From Octopus sinensis (taxonomy: Eukaryota): DNA of 64,000 nt. The DNA is taken from the NCBI RefSeq assembly GCF_006345805.1, contig NC_043006.1, positions 16,244,001 to 16,308,000 on the forward strand, written 5' to 3'. The translations under genes were made by a program, and so were the position numbers. The notes below the pieces were generated by a model. It saw nothing but the letters and a program-made list of their open reading frames with translations. It was not told the DNA's origin and made no database searches. Positions within the stretch are counted from its first letter, which is position 1, and each line of letters starts with the position of its first letter. Shown one piece after another: positions 37,029-50,781 of this stretch.

Positions 37029-37169
37029 GGGTTTAAGGTGTGACTGAAGAAATCAACCAACTAACATTTATATCGGCTATCATTAAATAAAAATTAGAAA
37101 TTATATTTAATTTCCTACCTCTGTTTTTCACAGTAGATCTAATATTGACTTAATTATTTTTTAAGTTAT

Positions 37170-37356
37170 AGGCGCAGGAGTGGCCGTGTGGTAAGTAGCT
37201 TGCTAACCAACCACATGGTTCTGGGTTCAGTCCCACTGTGTGGCATCTTGGGCAAGGGTCTTCTGCTATAGCCCCGGGCCGACCAATGCCTTGTGAGTTG
37301 ATTTGGTAGACGGAAACTGAAAGAAGACTGTCGTATATATGTATATATATATATTA

Positions 37357-37440
<84 letters not shown>

Positions 37441-37652
37441 ATGTGTTTGTGCATCTGTCTCCCTAGCATTGCTTGACAACCGATGCTGGTGTGTTTACGT
37501 CCACGTCACTTAGCGGTTCGGCAAAAAGAGACCGATAGAATAAGTACTGGGCTTACAAAGAATAAGTACCGGGGTCGATTTGCTCGACTAAAGGCGGTGC
37601 TCCAGCATGGCCGCAGTCAAATGACTGAAACAAGTAAAAGAGTAAAAGAGTA
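37170..37652 (+). mobile_element. SINE family B, full length
   Basis: ggcgcaggagtggccgtgtgg head to (agtaaaag)n tail. Confidence 0.92.
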
Positions 37653-40154
37653 ATCTGATCAGTTGTGTGCTGGAAACCTTCCTTCTCTTACAAAAATGTT
37701 AGCCCTGATATTAGTTTTTATTGATATTTATATAGCTACGGACCCTTTGCAGTCTATGTTCGAATCATGCAGGTTTCAACGATTTTTTTTTTATTATTCT
37801 AAGGACAATAACATAAAATTACTCTCACATAATTTCATCTATTATTAAACAAATCCCAATGAAATATTGGGGTTTGTTTAAAAGATTCAATTTTCCTTTC
37901 TCCTTGATCAAAAATATGCAATATTGCCGAACGTTAAATATCAATATTCATATTTAGTTAAGGCCATTTACATCCACAGATCAAATCCAGTCCCACAGAG
38001 GTCAACTTTGCTTTCATCCTTCCGAGAGCGATAAAATAAAACGTCACTCATGTAAGGGAGTTTATTTAAAAGACTTCCTTCTCCTTGCTCCCTAAAAGAA
38101 ATGCAGTATGGGCCTATGTTAATCATCAATATTCATATCTAATTCTCCTCCTTTACGTTTAGAGCTTAAATTCCGTAGAGGTCAACTTTGCTTTCACATT
38201 CCGAGATCGATAAAATAAAATAACAATCAAGTATCGGTATCTAATACATTCTAGTATCCTTTCCAAGATAGATTTTGCTTTCATCCTTATGGAGTTAAGA
38301 ATTAGGCTCGACCTTAATCGAATATACATTCTTCCGAAGCTCTATGGCTTTATGCCAATGCTGGGAATCAATATTAATTAACTGAGTAAACATCTCTTGT
38401 TATTAATTCATTCTCCTAGCTATCAAGTCTGCTTTGATCCGCCTATTCTCTTTATGTCACAACTCACTGAAGTTGTTTAGCATTCTAAATGCTCGACTCT
38501 GCACCACTTTAATTCTGAACATACCTTCCAGTAGATATTCACTCTAAAAGTTTGTTCATCAAGAAGGTCATCGCTTGACATATCTCAAGAGCATTGCTTA
38601 TATCCATCAAAGACCTATCCGTCCGTAACAAATGTTATATTTACACGCTTCAAATTTTGACCGATTTAAATTCAGTATCCATTCATTGTAATACATAAAC
38701 CAATATATTTTTTGTTAATAACAGTAGATAATTACAGTACAAATAATGATTAATTTGAAGATTTTTATTCAATTTTAAAATATTTCATATGTATGTACAA
38801 TCATATTTAACATGTTCGTGTACACTCGATTATGAAGGGACATAGGCTGCAGAAACTGTCACTAAAGATATTCTTTATTGATATGTGTGGATGGAACACC
38901 ACTGGGCAATGAATTACGTCATCGGAATTTTGGACGCATGCATTTCTGTGTCGTTGCGTGTCGTCAGGTGAGGACAGCGAGCCATCGTTCATAACCACTA
39001 AGAAATTGTTCTGACACATGAACAGTAAGTGGCATAAATTAATAAATTAGAGGAGCACTAAGCAGAAGATACAGAAACACATGCGCTATACGGGTCCATG
39101 GAGTCATTCAAGACCCAATTATGTATTTATCACGCATATTGTCTATAAGGATTTTGTTCTACACCTATAATTCATTCAGCGCTGCTGAATGCGCCTCTAA
39201 TAAATTAGAAATATTTCCTTTATCTTTCACTCAAAGGTTTCTATAAGTCCCTGTAACATTTAAAAACTGTATAAACGAATTTCCAAAGTGAATATACACG
39301 ACAATGTTTTAGAACCGTCAATCAACTGTGGCGATATCGTAATAGCAGCAGAGCTAATGTCAATGATGGAAGCCTTTTATCCCAACACAGCTTCATGGAG
39401 ATTCTTTAGTGAATCGATTCGTGTCTCTGTAAATATTGAACAAAACTAGTAATTTATTACTTTCACCAGTATGTCGGCCAGATTAATATCAGCTTATATG
39501 AGGCCAGTTAAGTTTGCTACTATAATATCAGCCACGATAATATCAACCTATGTGAGATCACTCTTTGTGTGTAACGGTTTACTGTTGTGTAGATATATAT
39601 ATGTGTATGAATGTATATATATATTCATGTATATATACCTATATAGATAGATGGGTAGATAGATAGATAGATAGATAGGCAGGCAGGCAGACAGACAGAC
39701 AGACAGACAGACAGACATGCGGACGGACGGACAGACGGACGGACGGACAGACGGACGGACGGACAGACAGACAGATAGATAGATTGGAGATATGTAAGTA
39801 GGTAGGTAGGTAGGTAGGTAGGTAGGATGCAGACAGGCAGTCAGGTTAGCAGATAGGCTGACAAACAGATCACAAGATCATGGTTTCGATTCCCAGACCC
39901 AAGGAGCGTTGTGTTCTGCAGCGAAACACGCTGGTCCAGTCTACTCAATAGTAGATGGGCTCAGAAAATATTTTGGCCTGGCTACCTGGCCAGAGGGTCA
40001 GCATCATTCGAAAGCTACAACAATACGAGAGAGCGCATTGGAGTTAGGATAGAATAAACGCAAAGAACTCAATATTTCCATTGAGTTATTGTGTGTATTG
40101 ATACTGTACAAAATCTCGAAGATTTTCGCTTACTACTGCTTTCATTAAATTGGC

Positions 40155-40345
40155 GTCGGCGTGGTTATGTGGTAAGATGTTTGCTTCCCGACCACATTGT
40201 ATTGGGTTCAGTCTCACTGCATAGCACCTTGGGTAAGAATCTTCTGCTATAGCTCCAGGCCGAACGACCAAAGCCTTTTGAGTAGATTGGTAGACGGAAA
40301 CAAAAGTAAACCTGTCGCTTATATATATATATGTGTGTGTGTGTG
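40155..40345 (+). mobile_element. Diverged SINE family B 5' half running into (GATA)n
   Basis: Sequence match. Confidence 0.75.
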
Positions 40346-40356
40346 TATAGATAGAT

Positions 40357-40421
<65 letters not shown>

Positions 40422-40471
40422 GATGATATATATATATAAACACATGTATACATATATACACACACACACAC

Positions 40472-40518
<47 letters not shown>

Positions 40519-40519
<1 letters not shown>

Positions 40520-42745
40520 GTTTCTTTACTGGCCACACTGGGCTGCACACAGATGGGACAAATTACAAGGTAGAGCTTTTCTTTTGTGGGATGAAAAAAA
40601 ACAAAAAAAACAAAAGAAACAAAAGAAAGTGGCGTAGGTTTTCGATCAAAAGGATCGTAAAAGGGGAAAAAAGAAAGAAAGAAAAAAGGGGAAAAAAGGA
40701 AAAGAAAAAGAAAAAAAGAGGAAAAAAGGGGAAGAGGAAAAAAAACCATCAATAGGGATCGCGTATCACAGTGTCATGGTGTACGGTGTAAAGGGGAAAG
40801 CAGATAAGGTTTATCCGTGGGAAGAAAAGCCTACGAAAAAGACCACGGTAACCTCGGTCAATATTGTTATATGTTACCACATTTGTTTGCAAGTGGGTAA
40901 CCCTCTGTTTTCAATTTCTGGGTTCATAGGATTATGCTCAGGGTGGCTTCGTCATTCATACGTGCCATCCTTGCTACATTCACCTATCTTTTTTTAAAAC
41001 ATTCGCTAGACAAAACTTGCCTCTCTACTCTCATTTCCTTTTCAAGTGGTACTTGAAGAAGTTGATGACAGATTGACCAGAGAGGAAAGTGTTTGTCTCC
41101 AATCCTTTCAGACGCGTCCACCAGATACATTCTTTCGCCATAGCCAGAAGGATGATGAAAATAGCTCTTCTTTCCCGTTTGAAGGAAGGAGGCGTGACAA
41201 TATTGACGATAGACTCAGCTGATAAGCCGACTCGTCCCACACGTGACAGTAGTTGTTCGACATAAGCCCACAGGTCGGAAATTGTTGGACACTGAACGAG
41301 TGCGTGCAGAACGGTTTCGTCGCTCTGACCGCATCTCGGGCATGTCGGCCCCGTGTTTCTCGAGCCGTGTCTGTAGAGCTTATTCCGAACGGGTAGCGCT
41401 TCTCGGTAGCACTGCTAGGCCAGGGATCTCTGGAAGTTGTCCATGGTCCCTGGCCCGAAAGTCGTCCCGAACAGGCGGGTCAGGTATTCCTCGTCGACGT
41501 CCAGGTTCGCCTCGAGCTTGTCGTCGTACCTCCCCTCCACTAATCCCCTATAGAATGCTTTGGTTGTGATGGAGTCACTCAAGGTCGACCCAGGACGGCA
41601 GAGTTGCTTGAGAGCAACGCGACACTCGCGGTGCCATTCGCCCTTCCTCGGCCTCTTTTTGATCCACGACTGCAGTTCGGTCATGGAGACGAGCTGCGGG
41701 AAAGCGTGCCTCACAAACGGCGACCACACCTGTTCACCGTCGTCTACGAAGAGCCTGAGATGTCGCAGTCTCAGCGCGTGTCTGCGCATCATCAACCACG
41801 GCATGCCCAGTCCTCCTTTTAACGGGTGTTGACAGCAAATGGATCGCCTGACCATCGGAACGCATCCTTTCCACAAGAAGCGAAAGAGAATGCGTTCTAG
41901 TTTGGTGATGGTAGGGTCGGGACAAAGCACGACGGTCAGGCGGTAGTAGATGACGGATGCGATGTACGTGTTCGCCACCTCCGCCCGACCTTTTACGGAC
42001 AGTTTCCTCTCGGCCCATTGCCGGGCGAAAGTGACCACCCTACTCGTTATTTCGTTCCAGTTCTTCTCCACTTGGAGGTCCGGACCGAACCAGACCCCGA
42101 GCAACTCGACCGGGCCGTCGGTCCAGCGTCCCACGACGGAGGCGCTGGTGGACGGCATGGGCTTGCTTCTCCAGGTGCCTAGTCGCAAGCCCACTGACTT
42201 TTCCCGGTTGATTTTCGCTCCTATCACCGCTTCGTAGTTTTTCAGTGTCTCGCCGACCTGCTCGATGTGCTCGTGGCTAGTCATTATGACGGTGACGTCG
42301 TCCGCGTATGCAGACACGCTCGTCTCGCATCCCAGTTCTCGCGGGATACCCCTCAAAGTTGCCAGCTTCCGCAATAATGGCTCGAGAGTCAATACGTATA
42401 GAAGCGACGAGAGGGGGCATCCCTGACGGACCGAACGTGCGATGTCGAAAGGTATCGATAGATGTCCATCTACGCGAATTACCGAACGGATGCCTCTGTA
42501 CAAAGCGGCTATCCAGCCGCGGAAGACGGGACCGAAGCCAGCCGCTCTGAGGACTGCCTCCAAGTATCGATGGTCCACCCTATCGAAAGCTTTCGATTGA
42601 TCCAAATTGATCAGGGCCCCACCCATGCCAGGTTCGTTAACTACCCTGTCTATGATGTAGCGCATCAGGTGGAGGTTGTCATGGATGGTCCGGCCCGGTA
42701 CGGCGCATGTTTGCGCCTTGTCGACCAGTTTCTCGATGACAAGCG
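40519..42745 (-). mobile_element. 5'-truncated Tx1 (L1-clade) non-LTR retrotransposon: RT, zf-RVT CCHC, about 500-bp 3' UTR, ending at (TATC)n
   Basis: LINLDQSKAFDRVDH, SVRQGCPLSSLLY, AYADDV, KINREKS, GGLGMP. One premature TAG at 41415-41417, then CPRCGQSDETVLHALVQC in frame; a further stop at 41031. Confidence 0.93.
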
Positions 42746-43349
42746 TACCTCTTACAGCATTAAGTGTTTTAACTCTTATTTCTTGCAATATAGGTGATTC
42801 GGCACTCTCAGTCACAAGTAGTGACGATAACATTTTTGCTTTATATTGCGCTTAGCTGTTTATATTAATTTTTATATGTATATAAATATATATATATGCT
42901 CACACACACACACACACACATCTGCACATTTGTTGTAGTGGCACAAGTAACTACTGCGAAGTAAAAGGAGGCTCCAGTGAGATATGCTTAATTCTCTTCT
43001 TTATATGTACACACGTACACAAAAGATACACGCGGGCATAGAGAAACACACGCATGCAAAGATACATACATGCATGTATACAAATACACTTTCTCACACA
43101 CGCGTGCGCGCACACAGACGCACAGACGGACGGACGGACGGATGGATGGAGGGATGGATGGATAGATGGATGGATAGATGGATGGATAGATGGATGGATG
43201 GATGGATATATCCTCGGCGTACACAACTGAAACAGTATTGAATTAAAATATCTGTGTACCATTCCTAACGTATATTTACCATTCAAAGTAACCATACAGT
43301 CGCTTTTGTCTAAGAGAAATCCTTCACATGAACATGTTTTGAAAAAACA

Positions 43350-43400
<51 letters not shown>

Positions 43401-45961
43401 ATCATAGCGAACCGAACATCATTTTCACAAGAATGATAAATGCGTTTCGACCTTTTTATGCCTCGCCAATGACATGTACCTATTTGTCACATGCCTGAAG
43501 GAAGTTTGTCCCTTTCGATATATAGCAAACGGTGAATAATACATCCACTAATGTTACGCAAAGCTTGTTGTAATAAACTCGTTATATGCAATTGAAACAG
43601 ACAAAAACCACAGCGGCATGCCTTTCAATGGTGAATATACGTTAAGTATGGTAGTAACACAAAGACACACACACACATATATATATATATAGTTTCCATA
43701 TTACTTTTCAAATTCTTGTTTCGTTACCTTCCTCTATTGACCTCTTGATTAACTGCATATCTTTCCCTTTCAACCTTCTCCATTTTTTTTCTTCCTAAAA
43801 ATATTTTTTTTGTTTTCGCTATAGGGGATATTTAAGGATTATCCAGTAGTTTCCATAACTCTTATGTAAACATAAATGTAATATAAATGAATTGTAATCT
43901 TACATTAAAAGAAAGTTTGGTTCTTTTCTTATTTATGCGTAGTTTCTGTTTTGAATCATAATATTGGTAATATGACATCATACAATGACATCATAGAACA
44001 TATTTCACCATCACAGATCGAAGAATCACAGAACGGTGATTAATATTGTACAGATGATGATGTGCAATAGTATGACATCATTGAAAATTAAGTATGATAT
44101 CATACACGGAATTATAACCCTCACTGAAATCTTTGTTGATTCTGTTAACTATGATACTCTTGAGAGTTGGGAGCCTGCCGCAAAGAACGTTTGGAAAAAG
44201 ATGGACGACAGTGGTAAGAAAGATGAGAATGCACGGTTGGTCGGAGCATAAAAGGAAGGAAAAAGATTACTAAAAAGGGATAACTAACCGGTGGGTTAAC
44301 TCACTAACCCGGACCCAAAACTCATCCGTTCATCATTTATATTTATATTTTTAACCCTCATTCACAATATATGTAAATCCATCCGGTTTTTCACGCTGTA
44401 TGTAAGAGGCGAGTTTGTACCCTGAATGTCCCTTGTCTGTCCTTGTAACGTCCCCCCTATGTAAAACCTTTATAGGTTAAGAAAGAAATATCTTAACTAT
44501 GATACAATGAAATATTGTGTTTTTCTGAGTAAAATAATACAATCAATTGAATGTAGGCAACAAAGAATACACTGTGGTTCGAATTGGTACAAAAAGTACA
44601 AATGGCTTACATCAGGATGTGGTGGACATTTTGTACAAATACATGATGTCGTGAAATAGCACGGCTAATGTTTTTTTGCTTTTGTTGGGGTTTTTTAAGC
44701 TTTAAAAAATCTGGTATACCAAGCTTTTTGTGTGGTGGGATTTCCGTTTCCTTAAGATCTTCATAAAAAATTCCGTAAACTACCTTCCAGGGGAATTTAA
44801 GTCTCTCAACGTAGCTTTCCTAGTGATGTAGTAATTGATATGCACAGCTTTTCTTCACCTCTCCTTAAGCTATTCGTCAGAAATTCCGAGGCCTGTCGTC
44901 CTGGAATTTAATTCCCTTCATGAAACTTTCCTAATAATGGTTTCAAATTTTGGTATGAGGTTAATAATTTTGAAGAGAGAGAGGTCGTCGATACTGTTGA
45001 CCACGCACTTGGCTGCTATTTTATCGATCCTTGAAGGAAGAGAGACAGTTGACCTCGGTGAGATTTGAACACAAAACGTGAAGAGCCGGAACAAATACTA
45101 CATGGAATCTTTCCGGCACTCTAACGATTCTGCCAATCCGTCGCCCTATCAGCTTTCTTTTCTGTTAACACTTCACTCACAGACCTCGACATCCAAAATC
45201 AGAAGCTTTACAACAATCGCATTATCTCACACTTCTGTAAAGACCAAGAAGAGCTCTGAGCATAACAATTTCTCCAAAGCCTAAGCTGAAAAATTATATA
45301 TTCTATGACTAGCTATATCTACCATATTTTGCTAGAAGATCTGTGATCCTTTGAGCGCCTAAGAGCTTAGGCTCTTAGTAGAAAAACAAGACTATGAAAA
45401 AACTTAATAGAAAAACTAGACTATGACATTCACACCATCTCCAAAGAAATTATATTCAACCGAAAAACAAGGGAAGAAAATATTACTAGAATACATTACT
45501 GACCTCTGTACCCGATAGAATTAACAGCCAATGCAGTTCTGAGTTCGTAAGATATATATATAAGATAATGTAGTTCTGGATTGGTAATACCCGAAAGAAA
45601 TACAGAATAGTCATGAATGGTATGCTTTTCATCAAAGGCTACTCGATCAAGACAAACCAAGAGGTAAACTACAACAACAACAGAAAAACAAGGGAAGAAA
45701 AATAACAAATCCCCCCTTCTTAATTTTGAGGTGTTTCATCAACATGCCTCAAAACTAATAACGATTTCTTTATGATGAGATACAAAAAATACATTTATAT
45801 GGATAAAAAACGAGACTATGACATTCACACCATTTCCAAAGAAATTATATTCAACCGAAACTTAAATCATTGAATTTCGAGAAGGAATCACAGTTGAGTC
45901 GTTAAGGCATTTTACTGAGCTCTAATGTAACTTGAAATGAATCTCTAACTCGAAGATAACG

Positions 45962-46239
45962 TGGGCCCAAGCGTGGCTCTGTGATTAAGAAGCTTGCTTC
46001 CCAAAATCGTGATGTTGTTTCAGTCCTACTGCAGGCCGACAAAAGCTCCGCGTTGGCCAAAACCCCGGGCTGACCAAAGCCCCGGTCTGACCAAAGCCCC
46101 GGGCTGACCAAAGCCCCGGGCTGACCAAAGCCCCGGGCTGACCAAAGCCCCGGGCTGACCAAAGTCCCGGGCTGACCAAAGCCCCGGGCTGACCAACGCC
46201 CCGGAATTACCAGAGCTCTGGGATGACCAAAGTCTCGGC
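45962..46239 (+). repeat. Diverged SINE B head followed by about 11 x 17-bp minisatellite (ctgaccaaagccccggg) derived from the SINE B core
   Basis: The unit matches agccccgggccgaccaa of family B; array at 46053-46239. Confidence 0.85.
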
Positions 46240-46414
46240 CCAACTAAAGAGATGTCTGCCTTGTTTTAATATTTGTCGTCCTCTTTAACACATATATCCG
46301 CTGCAACGGAAATCTACCGTCTCAGCTATGACCTTGGAGCCCTAGTAATCCGTTACAGCACTTACCTAGCGTACCTAATCGTTTATATCGCCTGTGAATT
46401 AAACCCCCGTACTT

Positions 46415-46454
<40 letters not shown>

Positions 46455-46566
46455 CTGCTCGCTTAGCCAGCGGGGTGGCGTCATTTGAAGGCTAAAACAA
46501 TGCAAAGCGCATTGTGACCAGCGATGTGTAGCAACATCTGGTGGTTTGGTCGGTCACGTGATCACG

Positions 46567-46619
<53 letters not shown>

Positions 46620-47196
46620 GGTGGGAATGGTGGGACGTGTGATTGTGTGTGTGATGCTGTATATGTGATATTTGTCTCCCACCACTACCTGATAATCAGT
46701 GTTGGTTAGTTTACGCCCTCGTAACTTAGAGCTTCGGCAACAAAGACCGGTAGAATAGGTACCGGACTTGCAAATAAGTACTGGGTTCGATTTGTTCGAC
46801 TAAGCTCTTTAAAGTGGTGCCTCAGCATGGCCGCGCTCCAATGAGTGAAACAAGGAAGAGATGAAAGATAAAGCCTTGGATTTCTAGATGAGAAACTGAA
46901 AGGTCTGATGGCTTTCCAATTTTTCGCAAGATCAATAACAATGAAATTGGATTGGTTACAAATAGCATTCCAAGCAGGTTGATAGATTCGATTAATAACG
47001 ATCTTCCTTATACAAAATTTTCTCCGTACAACGAGATTAACGAACCGTTAGCCTTATAATTGAGAACAGTTCTACTTCATTTTTGTCACTGATGCTCACA
47101 TGTTCGCAGTTGTTACGATTTTTGTTACGATTTTTATTCCCAATTTTTGGATTGTTCTAAGAACATATCATAGTTCAAATACCTCAGTTATTAGTA

Positions 47197-47532
47197 GGTA
47201 AAGACCCCCTTCGGTCATGAATGACCATGGGATTGCACCTAGAAAGTTACCCTCCTAGACACAAGTCCGGGCAAGGTTGTTTATGGAAGACCAGCAGTCG
47301 CCCATGCATACCAGCCTCCCCTCTCCACGCCACCAGTGTTATCCAAGGGAAAGACAAAAGTCGATACAGCTTGGCACCAGTGACGTCGCAACTCATTTCT
47401 ACAGCTGAGTGAACTGGAGCAACGTGAAATAAAGTGCTTTGCTCAAGAACACAACACGCAGCCCGGTCCGGGATTTGAGCTCACAACCTCACGATCGTAA
47501 GCTCGACGCTCTAACCACTGAGCCATGCGCCT
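47197..47532 (-). mobile_element. SINE family D, 13-bp TSD
   Basis: TSD tcagttattagta at 47184-47196 and 47533-47545. Confidence 0.92.
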
Positions 47533-47878
47533 TCAGTTATTAGTATGAATGTTTTATTTGCGTGTGCGCGTAGGTGTTTATAAAAGTGTGTGTGTATGTA
47601 TGCATGTGTGTCTCCGTGGACATACGTACATCTACGACATGTATGTATATATATTCATGTACATATACATAAACATATACACACACGTGTGTGTATCCGT
47701 GTGTGTCTGTATTTGTGCCCGTGTAGTACATGTATGTGTAAGTATTTGTATATTTCTATATATGTAGATTCGATTATATAAATGTGTAAGTTTATATGCA
47801 TCTATGATCTATGTACAGACGTTCGCATGTATGATGTATGTACGCATATATGTATATACGATATATACACACACACAC

Positions 47879-47939
<61 letters not shown>

Positions 47940-48072
47940 ATATATATATAATTATCGTCATATATATAGTGTTAATCCAAACAAGAAAACACAAAAAAAA
48001 AAACACAGCAACGCGAGGACGTGGAACAAATAAAGTATTATTGGACGCTCAGGAAAGAAGGGAAGAAGGAGG

Positions 48073-48107
48073 GTTTAACGTTTCGAGCGGAGCTCTTCGT
48101 CGGAAAC
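48073..48107 (-). ncRNA. Ultra-minimal hammerhead-like motif (CCGACGA core variant)
   Basis: GUUU CCGACGA a GAGC-UCC-GCUC GAA ACGU U AAAC; 4-bp stem I, ACGU palindrome. Confidence 0.55.
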
Positions 48108-48149
48108 ATAGGAGAAGAAAAGATCCCGAGATTATATATAAAGAGATTA

Positions 48150-48666
48150 CTAGTAACTTCAATGACACTATGTCAGATTTTTAATAAGAAATATTTTGTC
48201 GTGAAATGGCAGCTGTGTTTCGTATGTTCACAATTTTTTCTCAGACAGACGTCTATTCAATGCTTTCAGAGATGGTGCTTTAGATAAGCTTAGTTAATGT
48301 ACTCTGATCTTTTAATTATCGTCGTGTATATATATATATATATATATATATACACGACGATAATTAAAAGATCATAGCATATGAACAGTATTAACTAACC
48401 TTATCTAAAGCAACATCCCTGAAAGCATTGAATAGACGTCTGTCTGAGAAAAAATTGTGAACATATATATATACACGACGATAATTAAAAGATCAGAGTA
48501 CATTAACGGTATTAACTAAGCTTATCTAAAGCAGCATCTCTGAAAGCATTGAGCAGACGATAGACGTCTGTCTGAGAAAAAATTGTGAACATACAAAACA
48601 CAGCTGCCATTTCACGACAAAATATTTCTGGTTAAAAATCTGACATAGTGTCATTGAAGTTATTAG
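48150..48666. repeat. Fold-back palindrome centred on (TA)n, with the right arm partly duplicated
   Basis: Left arm 48150-48325 is mirrored partly at 48353-48463 and fully at 48464-48666. Confidence 0.9.
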
Positions 48667-49575
48667 CAAAATTTATCGCGCGGTAAATCTGACAGAGAAG
48701 CTGGGGAATTTACTAAATATGGTAGTAGATAATAGATTCAATATCACCTGAATCCATATCCACGACAATACTTTTCGTCATGCGTTTTCAATTACAGTGG
48801 CTTTTAACACTTTTGTGTGTAGGACGACATTTTGGTCACCGACGCTACACGAGCAATGCAACATTTTTGCAGTAGCTCAGTGTAAGGTTTTCTCCCACTG
48901 GCCGAATATTGGATGTTAAATTGAATATTGGATGTTAAATTGTCGAAACATCACTAGAGAGCTTGCTACACACGCGCACACATACAAACACACACACACA
49001 CACACTTCCCTTTTAACTCCTTCTGTCTCACAGTGTGCGGAGGAAGTAGCTTTCATTTACCCATTGCCTGCCATCAAACCTAGTATGTGCACTCATTATG
49101 TGTCTCTTATGTTAACTCTGTCTTTCTCTCTCTCTCCCTCTTTCTGCCTCTCTCTCTCTATCTCAATTAATGACGTGGATGCAATTGTTCTATTAACTGA
49201 ATGACTTACTCCTGAGTTAGCATGTACCTGGCTGAGTATTCCACAGAAACGTGTATCCTTAACGTAATTCTGGCAGAATAAACGTGACACAGTCTGTGTG
49301 TGAGTGTATGTATGTGTGTATGTGTATGTACACATATGTGTATGTGATAACAAGGCTATACTTTTGAACTACATCTACAATCTATCCGGCAGGCTTCTTT
49401 ACAGTTTCTTTATACCCAAATTCGCTCACAATATATAGGTCAACACAAGGCTATAGAAAATGAAATTTGCCCAGGATATCCTGCAGTGGAATCGAACCCA
49501 GGATTTGAGGCAGTGAAAGGAGCTGCTCGACCATAATACGTTATATTTTAAAATATGATGCGCTATATTTTAGCA

Positions 49576-50200
49576 GGAGGCGCAATGGCCCAGTGGTTAG
49601 GGCAGCGGACTCGCAGTCGTAGGATCGTGGTTTCGATTCCTAGACCGGGCATTGTGAGTGTTTATTGAGCGAAAACACCTAAAGCTTCACGAGGCTCCGG
49701 CAGAGGGCGGTGGTGAACCCTGCTGTACTCTTTCACTACAACTTTCTCTCACTTTATCTTCCTGTTTCTGCTGTACCTGTATTTCAAATGGCCAGCCTTT
49801 TCACATTCTGTGTCATGCTGAATCTTCCCGAGAACTACGTTAAGGGTACACGTGTCTGTGGAGTGCTCAGCCACTTGCACGTTAATAAATGAGCTGCGAC
49901 GTCACTGGTGCCAATGACGTGGAGAGGGGAGGCTGGTATTCGTGGGCGACTGCTGGTCTTCTATAAACAACCTTGTCCAGAGGGTAACCTTCTAGGTGTA
50001 ATCCCACGGTCATTCTGCCTCGGAGGGTAACCTTCTAGGTGTAATCCCACGGTCATTCTGCCTCGGAGGGTAACCTTCTAGGTGTAATCCCACGGTCATT
50101 CTGCCTCGGAGGGTAACCTTCTAGGTGTAATCCCACGGTCATTCTGCCTCGGAGGGTAACCTTCTAGGTGTAATCCCACGGTCATTCATGACCGAAGGGA
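49576..50200 (+). mobile_element. SINE C (3'-truncated) fused to a SINE D 3' half containing 4.8 x 43-bp tandem repeat
   Basis: Unit agggtaaccttctaggtgtaatcccacggtcattctgcctcgg at 49981, 50024, 50067, 50110 and 50153 (partial). Confidence 0.85.
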
Positions 50201-50781
50201 GTCACAACAATATTTTGGCAAGAGGCAAAACGTGAGTATATTTTACGTTCATTACTTTTCAAGTTGTATTAGGGACGTAACAGATGTGAACGGGTCTCGG
50301 TTAGGTATCGAAACTGTATCGGCACAACTATTTTATGGGACATACTTTTTGACGTAATGGCATCGGTTATATCTACACAGAAGCCATTTGAGAAAATACA
50401 CCATCTCAGCTTTAAATTGACAATAACCTACCGAAAAAAACAACCACACTATATTTATGTTTTATTGCAGACCTTTTATTTTACAGGAGAATTGGTGAAT
50501 TATTCATACTTACGTTATTATATTCTCTTTGGGATTATAAATTAAATAGATAAAACAAAAGATTGCTCTTTATCTTGTTACGTTAATCGCTCAAATAAAA
50601 AAAGAAAAAGGAAATAAAATAAAAAAAACGTTGTCTCATTCTATAATATAGCATTCTCTTACATCTTGTCCATCACCGACTCCAAATAAAACTGGTTTGT
50701 TGGCAACAAAGCGAAAACAAAGAAAAAGATATATTTTTAATATCAAATTTCCAAATGATGACATACATACATATTCATTCG

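Noticed and set aside
38807-39019. Unique, slightly GC-richer stretch with CAG|GTGAGG
   Set aside because: No recognisable protein and no open frame from the nearest acceptor; a non-coding exon cannot be excluded.
41243-42797. Plus-strand ORFs overlapping the Tx1 RT
   Set aside because: Antisense shadows of a GC-rich coding region.
42746-42833. N-terminal about 29 aa of ORF 41415..42833
   Set aside because: Read-through from flanking DNA upstream of the apparent 5' truncation point.
43430-43485. Minus-strand TTGGCGA-GGC..GTC-GAA-ACGCAT motif within inverted repeats (43256-43311 / 43598-43653)
   Set aside because: Two core changes and a broken stem I; possibly a decayed hammerhead, not counted.
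44575-44625. WYKKYKWL peptide resembling a hAT TTF zinc-finger start
   Set aside because: Too short and the downstream cysteines are not recoverable; unsupported.
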